DNA from: a virus
Lineage: Duplodnaviria; Caudoviricetes
Reading direction: 5' to 3' (one strand)
Length of the DNA: 64,000 nucleotides
IMG/VR virus record: IMGVR_UViG_3300028833_000075
Location: 32,001 to 96,000 of that record
The position numbers were made by a program, and so were the translations under genes. Numbering within the stretch: position 1 is the first letter of the stretch; each line of letters begins with the position of its first letter. Positions 60,989 to 64,000 of the stretch are shown here, piece after piece. The notes beneath the pieces were generated by a model. The model saw only the letters and a program-made list of their open reading frames with translations, did not search any database and had not been told where the DNA came from.

Positions 60989-61064
60989 TGGCTGCCCCTG
61001 TGGGGTTTGAACCCACGGCCTTCGGATTAACAGTCCGCTGCTCATCCAGCCGAGCTCAAGGGCA
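60989..61064 (-). tRNA. tRNA-Asn (GTT), CCA encoded
   Basis: 76 nt; acceptor TGCCCTT/AGGGGCA, D stem GCTC/GAGC, anticodon loop CT-GTT-AA, T arm GTGGG-TTCAAAC-CCCAC, 3' GCCA. Confidence 0.85.
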
Positions 61065-61206
61065 AAGGAAACACCGGGGCCGAAGCCCCGGCTTTCGATA
61101 TCCGTACTTTGAGTGACGGCAACTCAGGTTTTCAGATAAACCTTTTAACATAAAAAAGATATGGATTTGTTTATAACGGGCGTTCCATACTTTACGTCCG
61201 TATATG

Positions 61207-62793
61207 TTAGCCGGAATCTTCCGGTCTTGAACCTTCAGGATTTGACGGCTTAGGATTTTTTGCCCTGTCTGCGCTGTCCGGGTCGGACGTGCGTTCATTA
61301 CTGTCTTTTTCCGGTCTGCCCGCTCCTTCGGACGGCTGTGCGACATTTCCTTCCCTTGAAACAAGTACGGAATCTATTTCTTCAGATTCTTCTTTTCGTT
61401 GTTCGACTTCTTTGTCGATTGAATATCCGTAAGCATCTAAGTAAGTCTTAGTTGAAACAACACCGCGAGACCAGAGTTCTTTACATGCTTCACGAAGAGC
61501 TTTTTTGCCCTCCATAGACAGAGGCATAAATTTAAATTCAGGGATTTCTTTCAGATTGTACGTACCGGGAATTATCTCTGTAAGGCGTTCGTTTATCCGA
61601 TTCATCAACTCACAGAACTTTTCTCTTGCATCGTTGATCCTTGCTTCGGCTGTCTGCATTGAAATTTGAGCAGACGCAAACGTAGAACCGTCTTCGGATA
61701 TGCCGCTTACGACAATACCTGATACACCGCCTGCAGAAAGAATATCGTTATTTACATCACGGTACTTATCCCATTGGAACAAATCTGCTGTATCGGCCTG
61801 AACAAACTTAGAGTTTGCTAAATGGTTCGTAACAACAAGCGGGAATCCGGTCATACCCTTCTTAAAGATATTTGATACCTGCCGAAGCTGATTATTGTCA
61901 GGCAGCATATCGTATCCTTTGGTCGGGTCGCCGTATTGTGCATGAGCAAAACCGTGAGCCGCCAGATTTAAAATTGCTTTTTCGTAAGTTCCGATTAACT
62001 CTTTTCTGGATAATGGTTCTAACGCAGAAGCAATAAAAGGAATTGCATATCTATTCCAGCTTTCTTTGTTCCCTTGCATAACGTAAGTATTTTCTGGATT
62101 AAGTTGGACATATTGTTGTCCTTTGTTGATAGCAGTCTTTACTTCTTCAGGATAACCTTTGAAGTATTGATCTAAACTATTATCTTTAATCCATCCTTCG
62201 TAAATAGAGTATCCCTTTTCTCTCCATTCGTTCTGGATAGATAAACAATCAAAGTCTACAATAGGCATACCATTCAGCATCATATTGCCGATTCTGCATT
62301 TGTGAATAGGCAGAGTAATTAACTGTCCGTTTAAAAGATAACAGACAACGTTAGAATATTTCCAATATTCCAGCATAATCCCGTTAATTTTTTCTCTCAG
62401 TCGCATCCGTTTATATTGTTCTTCGTATAGTTTGATTGTTTTTTCGTTGTTTCCTGTTAACAGCCAATCGGAACAGGTTGAAAAAGGAACAAATACATGA
62501 TGCACAATGCCTTTTACAATCGGATCTGCATCTGTGTAGTAGTCTGCAAGCTGATATAAACTGATGATATTACCTTGTTTATCCCTGAGAATGGAATCGT
62601 AATCGTAACCGGAAAGATCGCCGCTGAATGTAATATTGGAGTTTGTATAACTCTGAAATACATCTGCGTCGTCTTTTGTTGCTCCGATAAACTCGTTTCT
62701 TCGAGTATTATCTATTGGTTCCTGTGAAACAACATTAGGTTTATAGGCAGCCCAAAATCGGGCGGTGGCCCGGAATCTATCGAACATACCCAA
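61207..62793 (-). CDS. Portal protein
   Basis: 528 aa between terminase and protease; low-complexity GAGRP C-terminus typical of portals. Confidence 0.75.
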   Translation of the reverse strand: MGMFDRFRATARFWAAYKPNVVSQEPIDNTRRNEFIGATKDDADVFQSYTNSNITFSGDLSGYDYDSILRDKQGNIISLYQLADYYTDADPIVKGIVHHVFVPFSTCSDWLLTGNNEKTIKLYEEQYKRMRLREKINGIMLEYWKYSNVVCYLLNGQLITLPIHKCRIGNMMLNGMPIVDFDCLSIQNEWREKGYSIYEGWIKDNSLDQYFKGYPEEVKTAINKGQQYVQLNPENTYVMQGNKESWNRYAIPFIASALEPLSRKELIGTYEKAILNLAAHGFAHAQYGDPTKGYDMLPDNNQLRQVSNIFKKGMTGFPLVVTNHLANSKFVQADTADLFQWDKYRDVNNDILSAGGVSGIVVSGISEDGSTFASAQISMQTAEARINDAREKFCELMNRINERLTEIIPGTYNLKEIPEFKFMPLSMEGKKALREACKELWSRGVVSTKTYLDAYGYSIDKEVEQRKEESEEIDSVLVSREGNVAQPSEGAGRPEKDSNERTSDPDSADRAKNPKPSNPEGSRPEDSG

Positions 62794-62811
62794 GGCGCAT
62801 CGCCCCTTTCT

Positions 62812-64000
62812 TTAAAATCTTGAAACTACTCCAATTGCGGGAGTGCCACGATGGAAACGTTTGACGTTTTCTTTTTCAAGTTCGCTTATGTAATCGTTTG
62901 CCATTGCTAAACTTGAATATCTGTCCTTATGCTGTCCTGAATGTGGAACGTCGTATGTTTTGTTGCCGGAAGAAGATGTCTTCTCAACAATGTTCCCCAT
63001 TTCAAACTGAAGAGCATCTGTTTCCAAGAAGATGGCAAGTTCTTCTCTGGACATTCTCTGTTCTTCGTTTTCGATCTCCTGTTGCCTTGCACGCATCGTT
63101 CTTTCCTGAATAGGCAGTTCCAGCATTCTTTTTTCCAAAGCCACTCTAAGGTTTGTATAGATTCTTTGGTTTAATGTGTTGACTGCCCTGAAAGGATGTA
63201 GCACTTGTTTGGCGTCAGGGTTCATGTTAGGTTCGTCGTCCACCACCAAAGGAGGAAACTCTTTTCCTGAAGCCGGATCCAACCATTCTCGGTCGAAGAA
63301 TCTATCAAAACTGTCTCCGACACCCCGTGCGTCATAGATAATCTTCTCTGCGTTAGGGAACTTAATATGATAATATCTTCTGACTTCGTCTGCGAGGTAG
63401 TCTAATGGTTTACCGTTATAGCTCCGCATATTAACTAACTTTCTGGCGTAAGTCCCGTCTTTACATTCCGTATACTTAACTACGCTTAATATGCTGTTAT
63501 CGGAACCTTTTGCCGTAGAAGTAGCGATATCCAGACAGATAACATACTTGGATTTGGAATTCTTCGGCTGTTCCATTTCAATCTTATCCAACGTCCTGCA
63601 AGGAGTTGTTAAAGCAAAAGGTAAAGCCGAGTTGGAATTAGCTCCTACAAATTTAGAACCATACTCCATATCGAACGTGGCTTCAGGCATACGTTCTTTT
63701 TCCTTCATGAAGAAATCCATGTCTGTGATTCCATTCGCAGCCGCAGACCGATAATCCAAAGCACAGCAGAATACAGACTTGTCTCCCTTTGCCATACGAG
63801 TCAGGTCTTTCATAAAGTTTGTGTAATACTGATTGCTCTTTTCGCAGGCTGAAGTAATGGTAATAGTCTTTGAAGCGAAATCTTTGAATCCATAGTTGAA
63901 ACAAACTTCTCTTGTCGTGTTACGAATAGGAGAAACAACCGCCTCCAAAGTATCCTGATCTACATCAAGCGCCTCGTCGATTATTATGATCTTTGCGCGA
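62812..64000 (-). CDS. terL: Terminase large subunit (5' part outside window)
   Basis: Walker B IIIIDEA at ~63970-63990, TITSA coupling motif, FDMEY, RNase H-like CLDIA..SD..YDARG..HKDRYSS. Confidence 0.9.
   Translation of the reverse strand, partial: RAKIIIIDEALDVDQDTLEAVVSPIRNTTREVCFNYGFKDFASKTITITSACEKSNQYYTNFMKDLTRMAKGDKSVFCCALDYRSAAANGITDMDFFMKEKERMPEATFDMEYGSKFVGANSNSALPFALTTPCRTLDKIEMEQPKNSKSKYVICLDIATSTAKGSDNSILSVVKYTECKDGTYARKLVNMRSYNGKPLDYLADEVRRYYHIKFPNAEKIIYDARGVGDSFDRFFDREWLDPASGKEFPPLVVDDEPNMNPDAKQVLHPFRAVNTLNQRIYTNLRVALEKRMLELPIQERTMRARQQEIENEEQRMSREELAIFLETDALQFEMGNIVEKTSSSGNKTYDVPHSGQHKDRYSSLAMANDYISELEKENVKRFHRGTPAIGVVSRF

Noticed and set aside
1-64000. Alternative genetic code or stop-codon reassignment
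   Set aside because: Standard code 11 gives dense, very long ORFs; the only fragmentation is explained by introns and a frameshift.

Overview
This window is the virion-morphogenesis region of a large tailed phage, probably a siphovirus of a Firmicutes/Clostridia-like host (inferred from AGGAGG RBSs, a sigmaA-type promoter and gene families). Almost all genes lie on the minus strand. Reading right to left: terminase large subunit (partial), portal, tRNA-Asn, prohead protease/scaffold, head decoration protein, major capsid protein, head-tail joining genes, and a major tail tube gene split by two group I introns that each carry a GIY-YIG homing endonuclease. Next come tail assembly chaperones with a -1 frameshift, a few inserted genes including two divergent zinc-ribbon paralogues, a 5896-aa tape measure protein (TMP), Dit, Tal, and about 24 kb of tail-fibre/adhesin and accessory genes. 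The last gene is a giant ORF of more than 2100 aa with a CotH-like kinase motif set that runs off the left edge. The standout observation is the TMP. Its N-terminal part carries, in the correct order, the motifs of a single-chain two-barrel (YonO/QDE-1/cellular RdRP-like) RNA polymerase (DG..R-x3-FKG..SMxK..RxP..GGDxDGD..FAKTG), then a PD-(D/E)xK RecB/Cas4-like nuclease domain, a long coiled coil and a TP901-type tape-measure core. This suggests a transcription enzyme and a nuclease delivered through the tail at infection. All family assignments come from reading motifs by eye; no database searches were run. No lysis, integrase, replication, reverse transcriptase or CRISPR elements were seen.
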